A stretch of DNA of 64,000 nucleotides from a virus. Where the stretch lies: the IMG/VR virus record IMGVR_UViG_3300022700_000208, positions 17,646 through 81,645 of that record; one strand, written 5' to 3'. Under the pieces are notes generated by a model. It made no database searches, was not told the DNA's origin, and was given only the letters and a program-made list of their open reading frames with translations. A program made the translations under genes and the position numbers. Within the stretch, counting starts at the first letter, position 1. Each line of letters opens with the position of its first letter. Positions 63,842-64,000 of the stretch are shown piece by piece.

Positions 63842-64000
63842 ATGTTTCCTGAATTTGGACCTTTTTCTTTAAACAATTTACTTATCAATTCGGATATGTC
63901 TATAGCCCAAAGGATTGGATTTGGAGGAACCAAGTCTCAATTCTTTCCTGGTTATGCTCTTGATAGGTGGAAAGCCTTAACTATCCGAACAGATATTGCA
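63842..64000 (+). CDS. partial paralog of 62782 (truncated by window edge)
   Basis: MFPEFGPFSLNNLLINSDMSIAQRIG..LDRWK. Confidence 0.6.
   Translation, partial: MFPEFGPFSLNNLLINSDMSIAQRIGFGGTKSQFFPGYALDRWKALTIRTDIA

Noticed and set aside
1-64000. Minus-strand and alternate-frame ORFs in the ORF track
   Set aside because: They are shadows of densely packed + strand genes, with no recognisable motifs or SD sites.
59144-64000. Diversity-generating retroelement or invertible shufflon
   Set aside because: No reverse transcriptase, adenine-specific TR/VR pair, recombinase or inverted cassettes were seen in the window.
1-64000. Stop-codon reassignment
   Set aside because: Core genes are full length in code 11, and TAA, TAG and TGA all end genes at sensible boundaries.

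Overview
The window is part of a large, low-GC, T4-superfamily-like myovirus genome with essentially all genes on the + strand and the standard genetic code. Gene order: Mre11/Rad50 (gp47/gp46-like) recombination nuclease and a possible sigma/Mor-like regulator; small accessory genes (lipoprotein, LuxR-type HTH, two HNH endonucleases); small terminase; large terminase with a class-3-type intein; portal; an intein-containing AAA+ ATPase fused to a gp68-like prohead core domain; prohead protease-scaffold fusion; major capsid protein; neck, sheath, tube, tape measure and baseplate genes; a giant tail fibre; and an array of receptor-binding-like modules that runs off the right edge. The most striking unexplained structure is that about 24 mostly unrelated late genes share an N-terminal leader, M-[SNKG]-[KR]-A-x-x-[LIFV]-[LKT], usually followed by a hydrophobic-x-Glu site. 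It resembles a lineage-specific capsid-targeting signal with a prohead-protease cleavage site, which would define a very large set of head-packaged proteins including the AAA+ ATPase. Other signals are a 34-nt motif found three times (candidate late promoter), an apparent ATT start codon for the baseplate spike, a possible +1 frameshift before the tape measure gene, and a structured RNA region. All assignments come from motif reading and gene order; no database searches were run.
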